DNA of 64,000 bases from Takakia lepidozioides (lineage: Eukaryota; Plantae; Bryophyta). Positions 23,696-36,767 of the stretch are shown in pieces (the first letter of the stretch is position 1; each line of letters begins with the position of its first letter). The stretch spans positions 35,340,001 to 35,404,000 of the forward strand of contig CM060733.1 of NCBI GenBank assembly GCA_030704615.1, written 5' to 3'. Both the position numbers and the translations under genes were made by a program. The notes beneath the pieces are model-generated. The model did no database searches. It was given only the letters and a program-made list of their open reading frames with translations, and was not told the origin of the DNA.

Positions 23696-24519
23696 CAAGA
23701 AGCCTTCAAAAACAGGACGTGGTGGGAAGGCATCTGTTGAGGCTCGGCTTGTAAGTTCACACACCAGTCTTTTTGCCCTCTTTGCCTTGGCTGATTGTCG
23801 TTTATAATGTCAAACAGGCTAAGTCCTGGCAGAAGAGAGTAGAAAAGATTCTCAAGGACCTGGACCTGGATCCGCAAGTCTTGACCCTGCTGGATAAATC
23901 TGACTTAGAGGCTGTAGTGTCTGAAGCCATGTCTATTGCCATGAGATTGTCTGATGAAAATGAAGTTAGGCAGAGAACTTCCCTGAACTTGTTTCCAGTC
24001 AGTGACATGGGGGTGGACATCTTGGATGACCTCAAGGGTCTAGCCACTCTTGGCACTAGACTGAAATTTAAACTCAGGGCAGGAAGCCTACCTTTGAACA
24101 GCAAACAGAAGCAGAGAGGAAAGGGAGAGTGCAATTGTCCGTTGTGTGGGCAATCTGAAGACAGTATTCATTTTCTGATACACTGTCCGGGGTTCTCTCA
24201 CCAAAGAGACGCTCTCTTCAATTCAATCAAGGGAATTGTGCATGTACCCCTGTTTACCAACTTAGAAAGTCTCGAGGCTGAGCCAAAAGCCGCGGCCCTC
24301 CTGAGGCCTAGTTTTTGGGCAAATCACACCCAGCAGATTGATGCTTGTGTGAAGGGTTTTCTAGAGGATATTTGGAAAACCCGGGTTAATTCTTTATATG
24401 AAGGTAAGTCTTACTACCAACGTCAGCCCCTAACAGAGGTAGGTTATGTTCCTTTTGTTCCCGCTCAAACTGGGCGCGGGGTCAATGGCCACAAGGCTAC
24501 GACAAACAACGTCTTATGA
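23696..24519 (+). mobile_element. 5'-truncated non-LTR retrotransposon (LINE) fragment, C-terminal RT zinc-binding region
   Basis: LKFKLRAGSLPLN...CPLCGQSEDSIHFLIHCP (zf-RVT-like CCHC)...FLEDIWKTR; interrupts the TnpA-like frame. Confidence 0.75.
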
Positions 24520-25720
24520 GTACAATCTATAATGGGGTGTCCATTTCCCCCATTTTACACCATGTTAGGAGGGAAGTACGAAGTGCCACCAGGCTTTGTC
24601 ATTGAATTCTCCAAATTATGTGGAGTGCAATCAGGTTTTTCTTGAAGGGGTGCTGCTTGTGAAGTGAACTAAAGTGTTCATTCACCTTGTCGCAAAGTGC
24701 TTGTAGGCTTTTCTTTAAGGGGGGAGGCAGGTTTCTTGAATTACGCTTCATTTCCCGAGTGCTACTAGCCTTTTCTATTGCAGGGACACCCTACCCAGCG
24801 CATCTTTAAGGGTGGAGGTGTGTCCAAGAGTCACTTCAATAGCGAATCAAATGGACTGTTTTTTGTGGAAGGAGTTTTTTGTGAGTGCTACGTAGTAGTC
24901 ATCTGTAAAATTGGGCGAGGTTGCAATCGTCAAGTACAATGGTAATGTTTCTTACTTGGTCCTGGCAAGTGGTCAGTAATACAGTTTGCCAGACTTCTTG
25001 AAGGAGATAGAGACCCAGTTTTGCAATTTTGTTATGCCTTGGTTACATTTCTGTATTTCTTCCAATTGGGTCTCGCCATGGTCAGAATAGTGGTGCAACT
25101 TCATGTAAGTTGTCCCTCATGTTCATCAAGAAAGGCAAGTAGAATCATATGAAAGTTATATTCGGGGAGTGCGAGGTCTATGTGACGATGTGATTTTCAC
25201 CAGTTGCTGCTTAGACATATTGTGTTGATGTCGTTGCCTGGGAGCTGCTCTCATTCTCTGATTTCAGATTATGTCTACTGGCAGAGTTGTGAAGCTGCAT
25301 GAAATTGTTGCTTTCTGAGTTCTGGAGGCGCAATAATTTGTACTAAGCCATTCCCCAAATGAATGAAACTCATTATTAAGAGCTTATTTGCACTTGATTG
25401 TTTCAACCATGACTTGATGGTGAGGAAACTAGCATGCACTCATGCTTGGGGAATTTCCAATCGGATCTGACATCCAAAGTGGGCTTTAATTTGGACTGTT
25501 TGTATGTAATCAGCTAGGTGAGGTTGGGTTTTTTGGAATGATGGAATTGTGACCTGTTAGTGTGTAGCGGGTGGGGTCCTCATTTTACATACCAATCTGT
25601 AAGTGTGGATAGAGGAGGGTCTGATCAGAGTTGTCGTGCAATGATGATGTCAGGGCAGTATTTGAAACTGCAATAGTGAGTGTGAGTGTGAGTGTTAACA
25701 TGACTTTTTGTGGTCATTAA
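24520..25720 (-). pseudogene. Possible degraded LINE endonuclease fragment
   Basis: Weak minus-strand motifs (PDIII, HIDLAL) with many stops. Confidence 0.25.
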
Positions 25721-26191
25721 CATAGGGTAGTGCTGTGCTGGTGATTACTCTTATGCATTAGCTGCATTTGTCACTCAACTCTCTGTATTACTGCAGACAT
25801 AGTGACTACGTTAGTGGGCGCGGGGATACCAATATTGGTTGCATCCCAATAGTATGTTTGACAAACCTCTGTTCAATCACTGTTGTCCCAGAATGGTATG
25901 TCGCTCGTCATGGCTGACCATGCTAGCATACTGAGCTGGTACATGACAAATGCAGGCACAGGAGCGAGGCCAAAGTCCATCGTTGCATGAAATCCAGGAA
26001 GGTTCAGTAAGCAGAACATTGACCAGCGAGCGGATGGTTGAGATCCACGTGATCATTCTTTCTCCCATTTTTTGTCGATTATTTTGTTCTAGGCATTTTC
26101 CCTACCAGCGGCATGATGTTCTCATGTTGTTCATGGACTTGCGTGGACCTGGCAGGAGGGGACCTCTGGGTATTCAGCAATTGCTCGCAAA

Positions 26192-27330
26192 GTGGAGGAT
26201 ATGGAAAGAGCACAGGGTGCACAACACAAAGATATAATGGATTTGAAGGCTACAATATCACATGTGATGATGTACCAGAAGGCCATGGCTGAGAAATTTG
26301 GGATCAACATTTCCTCACCTGCCTTAGTGGGCTCGTCCATAGCAAACAGCTCGTGCATCGCTGGCCCTTCAGCCTCGAGACGTCTGGAGGACAGGTTTGA
26401 CTTGCCTGGCATGTCACCAGGTAATGTCACTCCAGTTGATGCATTCGAGGATGATGTGCAGGTGGAGCATGTTGGCCCAGGTGGAGGGGAGGACACCCCT
26501 ACCAAGGAACTTACGCATCCTCGTGCAGTTCTGTCACACTGTGCGGTAGTGGAGGCGCCTGCAGAACTCCGGCCTGCTGCTGTCGCGGTGGGGACATCTG
26601 AGACAACCTTGGACATTGACCTTGTTTCCCCGCGGGCAGATATTACCCAGCAACCCACGGTTGTCACTTCCACTCCCAACCTTCAATTCATAAAGAGGAA
26701 TGTTGTGCACACAACAGTGAAGAAGGGCAAGCATTTGCTCATCCTAGATATTAATGGCTTGATGTGTGAGTGCGTCCATGTCGGGAGCGGTAATGCGTTT
26801 GTGGTTCCAAATGGCCTTGAGCACAAATTATGTGGTAGCAAGATGGTCGTTGTAAGGCCTGGTTGCAAAGCTTTTTTGGACAAGTGTTTTGAACACTTTG
26901 AAGTGGCAGCATGGTCTTGTATGCAACCACGTAACTTCCTACCCACAGTGGACTGGCTTTTCCATGGGCACGGTGACCTTGCATTCAAGTGGGATGGGGG
27001 ATATTGTGAGCAGTCCACTAACATGGATGGGAGCCTGCCCATGAAACCACGGTTTTTGAAGAACCCTATCTACAGTGTGGCGGGGCAACTGTGACTGGAA
27101 TCCTGAAACCACTCTTCTTGTTGACGACACACCGCACAAGGGGTCGAACAATCCAGCATACAGCGCAATTTTCCCACTGCCTTGGAGAAGTTGTTCTGTA
27201 GAGGCGCACAATGATAATTTTCTTCTGACCAGCTTATGGCCCTTCTTGGAGGGGGTAGCTAAGGCTCCGAGCATTCCATAATATCTCAAAGGGCAACCCA
27301 CATTTGGGCAACAAGCTATCAGCCCTAGAG
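26192..27330 (+). pseudogene. Coiled-coil + FCP1/NIF (CTD small phosphatase-like HAD) domain in the CACTA
   Basis: KHLLILDINGLM, VVRPGCKAFLDKCFEHFEVAAWS, FKWD...C, and after a frameshift TLLVDDTPHKGSNNP..AIFP. Confidence 0.8.
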
Positions 27331-27809
27331 CCATTCAGCCTCGCCATGTAACATACTTTGTAGTGTGGTACACACTGCCAGACATTAGAGGCATTTTTGT
27401 GTGACTCCCTTGTGCCATTGCCAGCCTCATTTGTGCTTAAGTTGTGGCAGTAATCAATGTTGTGATAGAGTTTGTCAAATTACTGTCGCAATGTGAACTG
27501 TAGGCATTGACAGTTTGGGTGCATCTTATTGTGTTAGTGTAATTTGAGTTCGCAGTGTAGATAATATATATTTTTGGTGCTTGTTGGTTGGTTGTAGGTG
27601 GTTGGCCACAAACGAGGCCCCCCAAGTCAAAGGGCAGCACACCTTCACCCTTTCAGGAAGCCGACACCACTGATCCCTGATTCGCAGAATGGGGTAAGTC
27701 TATGCATCTGCTATTCTCCCCTTCCCTGACTTGGATAGACAAATTGTTATTAGCTCATTGTAGACCTTGTAGACACAATACGTTCCACGATCCGTGTTCC
27801 ATAATTCTC

Positions 27810-28124
27810 ATGCAATCTGCCATGTTTGGGGTGGGATGGCAGTTCGTGGTGGGAGACCATGTCAAGCTCATAGACACTGTTTCGCGATCAACAGCCGGAT
27901 CTGGCCGCATTGCTGGTCTCCAAGGGATGGAGGTGAGTGAAGGGTACCCTGTCGTGCCAGAAGGCTATGTGGCCATCCACATTGATGATGTCCGCATTCC
28001 CAATGCCCCTCTACCATATCACAACAAATCCATGAAGCCTCATCACACTAAGTTGGGAGACACTGTAGGTTACATTACTGTGTGGAGTGACAAACTAGTG
28101 AAGACCTTGCAGACAAAGAGATGA
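27810..28124 (+). CDS. Tnp1/En/Spm-like domain exon
   Basis: GSGRI...PEGYVAIHIDDVRIPNAPLP...LGDTVGYITVW matches the Tnp1/En/Spm pattern. Confidence 0.65.
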   Translation: MQSAMFGVGWQFVVGDHVKLIDTVSRSTAGSGRIAGLQGMEVSEGYPVVPEGYVAIHIDDVRIPNAPLPYHNKSMKPHHTKLGDTVGYITVWSDKLVKTLQTKR

Positions 28125-28539
28125 GGCAGGTCGGCTAGCATTGTGGATTTCATGGGGATTTCCACCTCTGCCTCATCCGGATTTGACAACTACGGTAACT
28201 TATAGTAGTGACAGATTCTCTGAATTGACTGTCCAATTTTGATAGCAATCACATGTTGGATTTCCTCATGCATGTTGTTGCAAACTTATGCCTCATTAAT
28301 GAGCAATGTGGTGGTAGGTGGTATGTCCCCATTGCACACACTATGGTTGGTTATGTTGCTGCTGGGAGAATGTGGTTGATAATGGTGATGCTGGATGGTG
28401 ATGTTGCTGCTATTTGTGCTCTTTCAGAATTACGTCTGTGCCATTCTGTGCCTAACGTCTTGCTGTATACATGATTGTGATGTTGTATGGCATATGCACG
28501 TGGCACCCTATTGGCTGCCTCTGTGGCATATCCACGTGT

Positions 28540-29333
28540 CCGTCCAGAGTCATAACCATGAGTACCGAACCCAATATGATACGTGTATGAGCATATTACA
28601 TTCCGACACGTGACCCCCTAAGGTTCCCTTGCAGTTGGTCCTATGACTCCATATGCAAAACATCCAGTCAAATGTATGTCTACGAAGTAGCATGTGAGGT
28701 TTAGAGGATCGTGCACGTGGCACCACCTGGGACTACAACGTCCTCATGGAATCCCCTGTTCATGGAATATACCGTACTGCGCTAGTCGTAGGTATGACTG
28801 GCAAGAATCCACTGCAGCTCCCGAAAGTCCAGCACGTGGGCACACACGAACGTGGCACGTGGTGTCCCCAGATGCTGCCATGTGTTGACCCCATATTTCC
28901 CCCCATCAAGACATACATGTGACTGCGACGCCCCATCCCACACAGTGACACGTGGCAATGATAGGTCGCACCACGCATTTCTTCTATGACGCAACACGTG
29001 CTGTCGTTTAATTCCCTCGTCCGCTGTCATAGCTGGCAGTCAGGGATGGCGTCGTAGTCTGACACGTGGCATGTTCTGTAGCCACTACGTGTCTGTCTTA
29101 CACCGCGGCTGACATGGACTACACTGTCCGTTCAGTCATTCAGTAATGCCAGCGTGTATGACTACCCCCATAGTTGCTCTGGCGCCACGTCACAGCCAGC
29201 CTGGAGAGTCATATCTGCCATGTCACAACTGACTAGGGCTTTACGTCTTCAGAGTCAGGAAGTCGTAAATGGCTTCCATGACTGCATTTGCAGTCATAAC
29301 ACAGAGACGTAAAAGCCGCAATTTGTTGTATTG
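28540..29333 (+). repeat. CACTA right subterminal repeats and TIR
   Basis: Multiple ATGACT/GTCAT and CACGTG motifs; TIR at 29322-29333. Confidence 0.65.
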
Positions 29334-30776
29334 TTAGCACAAGGACCGGTGGAAGGCAAAGCACCACGGAAGCTCACCCAGGGCGAGATGAATGAGCTCA
29401 GACTGCAGGTGCAGAACATTGCCACAACTACTATAGACAATGTCTATAGTAGAATAGCGGAGCTACAGGAGGATGTAGAAGGCCTGCAGACTCAGGTGGA
29501 TGACCTGAGTTCAAATATTGACAAGAGAGTCTTTGTACCTGAGGAGCAGCTGATGGCTACTTATTTACAGGCCAGAACTCTAATTGTTCAGTCTTCTTCG
29601 CAAGGGGTGCAGGAGATGCCAGTGGTAGAAGGGCTAGTGGTACCAATACCACAACAAGTGACTGTGCAGGTAGCTGACCCTGTTGTTACTACAGCCACAC
29701 CACAGCCTGAGGTATGGGGGGATGCTGCTTTTAACCCACCTAAGACTCCTGCTGCAAGGGAGTACAGTCGGGCTATGATTATGCCCTTCAACCAAATTCC
29801 CATTGTGTTGGATTTGGCTTGGAAGGAATTTAGTCCGCCACAGTCGTTGGCTCATTACTACCAGATCATGCGCATTTGGCTGCCAGTGGCGACTAGGACT
29901 AAGGTTCTTCCGAACAATCGACCCATTGAGGATCATCACTTTGCGAGGTACTGGTCTGAAGCAGGTACCATGTTGAAGGAATTAATTGCCTTCCAAGTTG
30001 TACATGGGTACATTTATACCAAAACCAAGGAGGTATCAAGTATTGTCATGGGCTGTGGATTATACTATGCTGCTTGTTTTCTGGCACGTTATCACATTGA
30101 GCAGCAGAAGATGCAATCGCAATTTTTGAGTTATTCCAGTGGGGATCATTGGGTCTTACCTTCAGTGTCACCTCATATGTACCTATATGATGCAAAAGTT
30201 ATGATGCAGAAGGATTCCCAACTTCGTTCATGGTTTCATTCGACTTGGAATAATTTGACAACACAGAAATTCGGCCCTGAGGATATTTTCTTTAAGGGAC
30301 ATGAGGCATGGAAATACTTGCACTGTTCCCAAGTCATTGGCACACCTCTTACCTATACAGATAAGGAGTTCAGGACGTTCACTAATTTTGCGTGCCAACG
30401 CTTACAACAAGTTGTACAATTTAAACTTCCAGATATGATTGGACAACATTGTATGCCACATAGGATTCCACTTAAAGTTCGGCCGTTAAAACACCTGAGG
30501 GGCGACGAGGATTCTGATACTACTGTTTCTTCAGCGGACTCTTTTGACATGGCAGAAGACTATGCACTTCAGATGGCAGAGAAGAAACGACGGGGATCTC
30601 CTATGCCTGAGAGGTTACCCCGTTATCAGCCAAAGGAGGGTCAGACATTTCCAGGTAGTGCTCAATCATCTCCATCAACCAGTGACAGGATTCGGGCTCG
30701 CACACGGAGTCCTTCACGAGACTCTCACCGTCGGAAGGGTGCTCGCTCACAAAGGTTTGCTAATCCCAAACAGTAA
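29334..30776 (+). CDS. C-terminal part of the retroelement 3' extra ORF (5'-truncated by the CACTA)
   Basis: Open frame highly similar to 47850-49300 (LAQGPVEGKAPRKLTQ...VWG.AAFNPPKTPAAREYSRAM...). Confidence 0.85.
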   Translation, partial: LAQGPVEGKAPRKLTQGEMNELRLQVQNIATTTIDNVYSRIAELQEDVEGLQTQVDDLSSNIDKRVFVPEEQLMATYLQARTLIVQSSSQGVQEMPVVEGLVVPIPQQVTVQVADPVVTTATPQPEVWGDAAFNPPKTPAAREYSRAMIMPFNQIPIVLDLAWKEFSPPQSLAHYYQIMRIWLPVATRTKVLPNNRPIEDHHFARYWSEAGTMLKELIAFQVVHGYIYTKTKEVSSIVMGCGLYYAACFLARYHIEQQKMQSQFLSYSSGDHWVLPSVSPHMYLYDAKVMMQKDSQLRSWFHSTWNNLTTQKFGPEDIFFKGHEAWKYLHCSQVIGTPLTYTDKEFRTFTNFACQRLQQVVQFKLPDMIGQHCMPHRIPLKVRPLKHLRGDEDSDTTVSSADSFDMAEDYALQMAEKKRRGSPMPERLPRYQPKEGQTFPGSAQSSPSTSDRIRARTRSPSRDSHRRKGARSQRFANPKQ

Positions 30777-30815
30777 ACCGTGAGGACATGGCTTTTTGAG
30801 AGGGGGAGGGGTAAA

Positions 30816-31709
30816 TGTTAGAGGGCTGCTTGGGACTTAGACGCTTTTACGGGTTCTGTGGGGTACCCTTAATTTTTGCGCAGACTGAGACCAACATGAG
30901 CCTTAGGGGTGGCAACAGCAGGCTTTAGGGGGGTTACACAGCCCGACACAGCTTTACACAGCCTGTCACAGCCAACACAGCCCAATACAGCCCGCCACAG
31001 CTTCGCACAGCCGACACAGCCCGACACAGCCCGACACAGCCTTACACAACCAGTCACAGCTCGGCACAGCTTGACACAGCCTATCACAGTACATGGGGAA
31101 CAGTTATCATTGGCAAGGAACGACTGTGAGGGAACGACATCTGCAGAAGTAACGTGTTACTTCAGGGATGACGGTTAATTAGTTAGGTGGTTAGAACAAC
31201 TTGCGGGCAGATAAGGAGAGCGGCAACGGAAAGAAGGGACACACTTCATGGGGAGCGTTTCTGGGTCAGGCATGAGAGGAGATCAGGCGGGGAGCAAGAA
31301 GGAGGAAAGATGAACAGTAGATGCTGATTACCTGCAGAGCTGTAGTGAAACTGTAGGGCAGATTAGAGTCACCATGGCATTGGCCTGATACCTGATAAAT
31401 CATAATCTGATACTTATTCGATACAATCACACTGTGTAGAGAGACATGAGTGAAGCTGTGGAATGAATGCATGATTAACTGGAACTTAGTAGATATTGAA
31501 GCAATCTGATGCTTCAGTATACATGGTAAGGTAAATTGATAACATGAAGGCAAGAAGGAATACAAATAGGAAGCACAACCATGATTCACTAGCTGCAGAT
31601 CATGACTGATTGTTCTGAGTGGGCTGAGTGCTTAGAGATATCCAACTCTTCTATCTTGGAGTTTCTACCTCGGATAGCGAAGGGATGGGTGAATAAAAGC
31701 CGCTTGACA
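30816..31709 (+). repeat. 3' LTR of copy A (894 bp)
   Basis: TG...CA ends; collinear with the reverse complement of 46750-47812; internal CACAGCC repeats. Confidence 0.9.
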
Positions 31710-32454
31710 GAAACCTACCAAAAATCATCCGGAGATTCCAGCCTTATAGCAATGGGCCCAGCTCATTTATGCATGACATACCAAAAAATGAGATAGGTGG
31801 GCGATGCACGGATTTGATCCATAATTTCTCTGCCATATATGCATGCAGGTCCCAAATGGGGGCTGAAGGAGTGCGGAGAAGTCCTCGTGACAGTAGAAAA
31901 GGCAGAAGCGGGGGCCATGGTTGCGGCCATGGTAACTCTTGCGCGCACTCGAAATCATGGGCGACATTCCAGTGATTAATACAGTCCCGGTATGAGATAG
32001 CTGATAAGTCTGCTACGTTGCTGTTGAGGGAGGTAGAAACCGACGCTCCGGTGGGAAGCTCGAGTTGGAGTAGGAGACATCACAAAGCACACCGCGATAA
32101 GTGTAGGCTGGTGAAACTCGCACTAAAAGAACCATGGTATAGCTTAAAAGAAGCATAGTGAAGGAAAGGTGCGAGGTGTAGCTAAAGCAGGAGGAGAGGC
32201 GACGGAACCACCTCGTGACAACACCAAGTTCGGTATCAGAATCCATGGCGGCGGCCATGGCTAAAAGTAGAGAACTAGGTAAAGTAGCGGTACGGATAAA
32301 CTGGAAGCTGAAAAAGACAAGGATATTGACAGTTTGGCGGAACCCTATAGAGATAGTCATGGATAAGGGTATAGCTAAGAAGCAACAAAGATTACTGAGG
32401 GAGGGCGGAGCGGCGCTCCGCCCCCATGGTGCAACGTGATACGCGGCGATTATA

Positions 32455-33945
32455 TGTTGTTCAAATGATTTTTGATTGCTTCCAATCTTTGGGAGCGTGT
32501 TCGACATACCTTTTCACATGCTCCTCTCAAGTATGAAGTCAATCAAAATTGATTGAAAGGGTGAACCTGTCGTTCGCTGTTCAAATGATTTTTTATTACT
32601 TTCAAATATTGCGAGTGTGTTGGACATTGTCAGAGGTATGTGTCGAGTATCAGGTCAATCGAAACTGATTGAAAGGGTGAACCCATCATTTGCTCTTCAA
32701 ATGATTTTTGATTGCTTCCAATCTTTGCGAGTGTGTTCGACATACCTTGTCAGAGGTACGTGTAGAGTATCAGGTCAATCAAAATTGATTCAAAGGGTGA
32801 ACCCATCGTTCGCTATTCAAATGATTTTTTATTGCTTCCAATCTTTGCAAGTATGTTGGACATACCTTGTCAGAGGTACCTGTCGAGTATCCGGTAAATC
32901 AAAATTGATTGAAAGGGTGAACCCATTGTTTGATGTTAATTTTTTATTCCTTTCAATCTTTGCAAGTGTGTTGGACATACCTTGTCACATGCTCCTCTCA
33001 AGTACGAAGTCAATCAAAATTGATTAAAAGGGTGAACCCATCGTTCGCTGTTCAATTGATTTTTTATTGCTTTCAAACATTGCGAGTATGTTGGATATAC
33101 CTTATCAAAGGTACGTGTCGAGTATCAGGTCAATCGAAATTGATTGAAAAGGTGAACACATCGTTCGTTAATCAAATGATTTTTTATTACTTTCAAACAT
33201 TGCGAGTGTGTTGGACATACCTTGTTAGAGGTACATGTCAAGTATCAGGTCAATCGAAATTGATTCAAAGGGTAAACCCATGGTTCGCTATTCAAAAGAT
33301 TTTCAATTGCTTTCAATCTTTACGAGTGTGTTGGACATACCTTGTCAGAGGTACGTGTCGAACATCAGGTCAATCGAAATTGATTGGAAGGGTGAATCCA
33401 TCGTTCGCTGATCAAAAGATTCTTGAGTGCTTTCAAACATTGCGAGTGTGTTGGACATACCTTGTTAGAGGTAGGTGTCGAGTATCAGGTCAATCGAAAT
33501 TGATTCAAAGGGTGAACCCATCGTTCGCTGTTCAAATGATTTTTTATTGCTTCCAATCTTTACGAATGTTGGACATACCTCGTCACATGCTCCTCTCAAG
33601 TATGAAGTCAATCAAAATTGATTAAAAGGGTGAACCCATCGTTCGCTGTTCAAATGATTTTTGATTGCTTCCAATCTTTGCAAGTATGTTGGACAAACCT
33701 TGTCACACGCTCCTCACAAGTAGGATGTCAATCAAAATTGATTGAAAAGGTGAACCCATTGTTCGCTGTTCAAATGATTTTTTATTGCTTTCAAACATTA
33801 CGAGTGTGTTGGACATACTTTGTCATGGTACATGTCGAGTATCAGGTCAATCGAAATTGATTCAAAGGGTGAACCTATCATTCGTTGTTCAAATAAATTT
33901 TTATTGCTTCCAATCTTTGCAAGTGTGTTGGACATACCTTGTCCT
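32455..33945. repeat. 120-bp tandem repeat, ~12 copies, two unit variants
   Basis: (c)aggtcaatc recurs at 32651, 32771 and 32891; unit CAATCGAAATTGATTCAAAGGGTGAACCCATCGTTCGC... Confidence 0.95.
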
Positions 33946-34272
33946 ATAGTCTCGCTGTGTTTCTTTTAAGCTTTATTTTGATGCTTTCGGAGCAATCTAC
34001 AATGACCAAATCTCCTTCCACGGTGTCTGGGACCAATACCAACACCAACTAGTGTCCTATGCGGGTGCGAATGCCAGTGATCTTGTGGTCAATGAGAGGC
34101 CCCTGGCTTGCATCTGCCTACTTCGTGGCAAAAATTGACTTTCTTCTTCACTCTCACGACGTGGCGGAGGTGGATCGAGAACAAGTGCTTGGGCTGCATG
34201 CAAATCGGCAACGAGGCCGTCCACATCCGGCAATAGAGCCCCCAAAACACGATGATAACGGTCTGTCCATAA

Positions 34273-36321
34273 TCACCTCCATTGCTCCACAACTGCCTTG
34301 ATGGTACTTTTGAAACTTTCGAACTGCCTCTCGCTGGCCCTGTCCCTAATCATTGTGTCGTTTCGACGATAAGCCGCCTCGTACGCCTCGTTCATTCGAC
34401 GTTGACATATTATAGCATCTTCCAGTTCGGACAACAACAAATGTCTCTCAATCGGTTGTCGGTCATACAATTCGTTCTCCTTCGACACCCATGGAACCTG
34501 TGGGAGCCGGATAAACCTGGACCTTCTCTGACTCCAATGCCCTCCCAGATTGCGGCAAAACTGCTCTCTCTCCCACCAATCGGGAATGCCTCCCGCACGT
34601 ATGGTTATCTCCCAGTTAGATGTGACCCATAAATACTGGGGATCTATGATGTATGTCGGGTTTCCGGCATGTATGCCATGCATCTCTCTGTCAGCATCCC
34701 ATACCAAGTTCTTGCCCCAATGCACACAATTTATAAATGTGAATGGTAGCCCATCCAATGGGAGGTTGTGTCGATTGTATTCAAAACCTATGGGCATCCG
34801 ATCATCCAAGCCCACCAGCTCATAGAAACGGCGATGGATTGGTGTACGGCATTCTGGGCAAGCGCTCATCCGCAAGGCTTGCGGGATAAGGACATGTGAG
34901 ATGGAACATATGTCCACATGATCCAAGCACATGACATCCCTCTGGGTCGTATGGATTCCTACACATCGAACAAACTGTATCATCTGATATCCATGACGGC
35001 AAAACGCGTCGTGATATCTCCTCCCTCTGGGCCGGTTTGACGTGGCTGGTCATCCTTGTTGTGGTGTCCCACTCTTCCTCTATTTCCAATTCCCAGTTTA
35101 TGCTTCTGTTCGACCCCGAAATTCTGTGCTCACATTGATCGAACATAGAATCCACATCTGCCCAATTGGTATACCCGGCAAACACGCTTGATGCGATGGG
35201 GAGATCGTTATACCTTTGTATGTTGGCATAAATGCTATCCACGCAACGGTTCGACATGCGTGCGACACGTTGCAAGCCTGACAGTGCCCGCTCTACCCGT
35301 GCTTCTCTGGAGGCCAAATGGGTTGTCTATTGTACCCAATTCTCCCAATCGCCATTCAATGGGACCCATGCCCGAATCTCCAACGTTTTGGACAAACGCC
35401 ATGTAGTTGCCATGGCAATGTCCCGCTCCTTTGTAACGCAGTCGACATCTGATATCGGATTCATCTCGGATTGAATGACGACCCTCGAGCATTCCCCGGT
35501 TTCCAGTACTGGTTCTTTTCCTTTCCTCTTTTTCTCATCCGCAATTTGCTGTTCCTCAAGCTTGGTTTCATCGGCCACAGGGTCGAGGACGTCCGTAGTT
35601 CCGTGAATGATGAGATCAATACTGCGATCGGGCATCGCAAGCTCCGTGTCCATGTCCATGACGTTTGTTCGATCCTTATTGTGGACAATAATGCCTTCAT
35701 TGTTTGGAGGCATGTCTTGCAATGTAGCTTCCAACTCGGCTATGCGCAGTGTTTGCCAGTCTAGTCGGTCCTATAGGGTCCTGATTCGCTGGTCTCTTTC
35801 GCCAGTTGTTCTTCTAACATTGCAGCCGGTTGTATTCCAAACGTGTCCGGGATGTACTCCAAATCGTATAGCATCATTGCGTTCCTCCTACTAGCAATTT
35901 GCCAATTCATTGGACGCAAGAGTATGACCTCCACGTAAAACATGGATGCCAAGGTGCACGGGATTTGGCCCTTTAAGAGAGGTTGACCTTACAATGTACA
36001 ATGCACCTCATTTGCCTTATGCTGGAAATGCAAGTTCGTGCAAGACCTAGACTCTGCGTAATTGTTTCGGGTTTGCACGACATGCATATCCAAAGGCCAC
36101 AATCGATTGATGTGGTACCACTTCACGAATTTTTTGCATCTCGCCATCGGCCACCTGAACGCTTCCAGAACATCCTCCTGGCCCTCTTCTGCTAGTATAC
36201 GAGGGTCACCATATACTTCCCAATTCAAGTCTTGCCTCGACCCTTTGATTTTCTTAGGGGGTGGTCCATGTTCATTGGGGTCATTTCTTCTATGACGCTT
36301 ATCGTCCTGGCCCTCTGCCAT
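34273..36321 (-). pseudogene. RING-H2 finger protein gene (frameshifted)
   Basis: VCSMCRNPYDPEGCHVLGSCGHMFHLTC, then after a shift ALRMSACPECRTPI. Upstream broken ORFs 35989-36321, 35761-35952, 35327-35734 and 34820-35317 look like one gene. Confidence 0.7.
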
Positions 36322-36659
36322 TTTGCAACAATCGGAACAACACTAAACGAGGTTTACTAATAAGACGTAACTCTAAACCTTTCTCCATAAATGAGTTTGA
36401 GTAGGTGTCAAATAGTTCTTAAAAGCTAATTTTGTAGAATAGAATGATCCTGGAAGCCAGAGGAGGGCCAATGGGAGCATTCTGCAGCGACCTCACAGAA
36501 ATCGCGACAAAAAATACCCCCCCACCCAACCAATGGCCTCCTTCTCCACGTGACTACGTGTCGTGGAATAATGAAATGTCACGCACACAGAAGTTGTGTG
36601 GAGAGGAAGTGAGGGGAGAATGAGCCTCCATTGGCTTATATGCCCCCCCCCCCCCCCCC

Positions 36660-36767
36660 CCCCGCTCCATTTTCCGGAAAAACAAAAAAACTGCGACCGC
36701 CAGAACTGGCGGTCGCTCCAATTTTCGTTAAAAAAAAAAAAATAAGCGACCCCCAGAACTGGCGGTC
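36660..36767. repeat. GCGACCGCC-Nn-GGCGGTCGC hairpin repeats (2 copies)
   Basis: gcgaccgccagaactggcggtcgc. Confidence 0.85.

Larger units (their letters stand above)
21308..29333 (+). mobile_element. Right arm of a CACTA (En/Spm) transposon
   Basis: TnpA-like and Tnp1-like domains; ATGACT/AGTCAT subterminal repeats; ends TTTGTTGTATTG (1 mismatch to the reverse complement of CACTACAACAAA), abutting a retroelement ORF at TTA. Confidence 0.75.
29334..31709 (+). mobile_element. 3' end of Ty3/gypsy copy A (same family as 46750-60205)
   Basis: 3' extra-ORF homologue, PPT GAGAGGGGGAGGGG (~30798-30811), LTR TGTTAGAGG...GCTTGACA. Confidence 0.9.

Noticed and set aside
32617-33860. ORFs with 40-aa repeats
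   Set aside because: By-product of a 120-bp satellite, with sporadic stops and frame changes.
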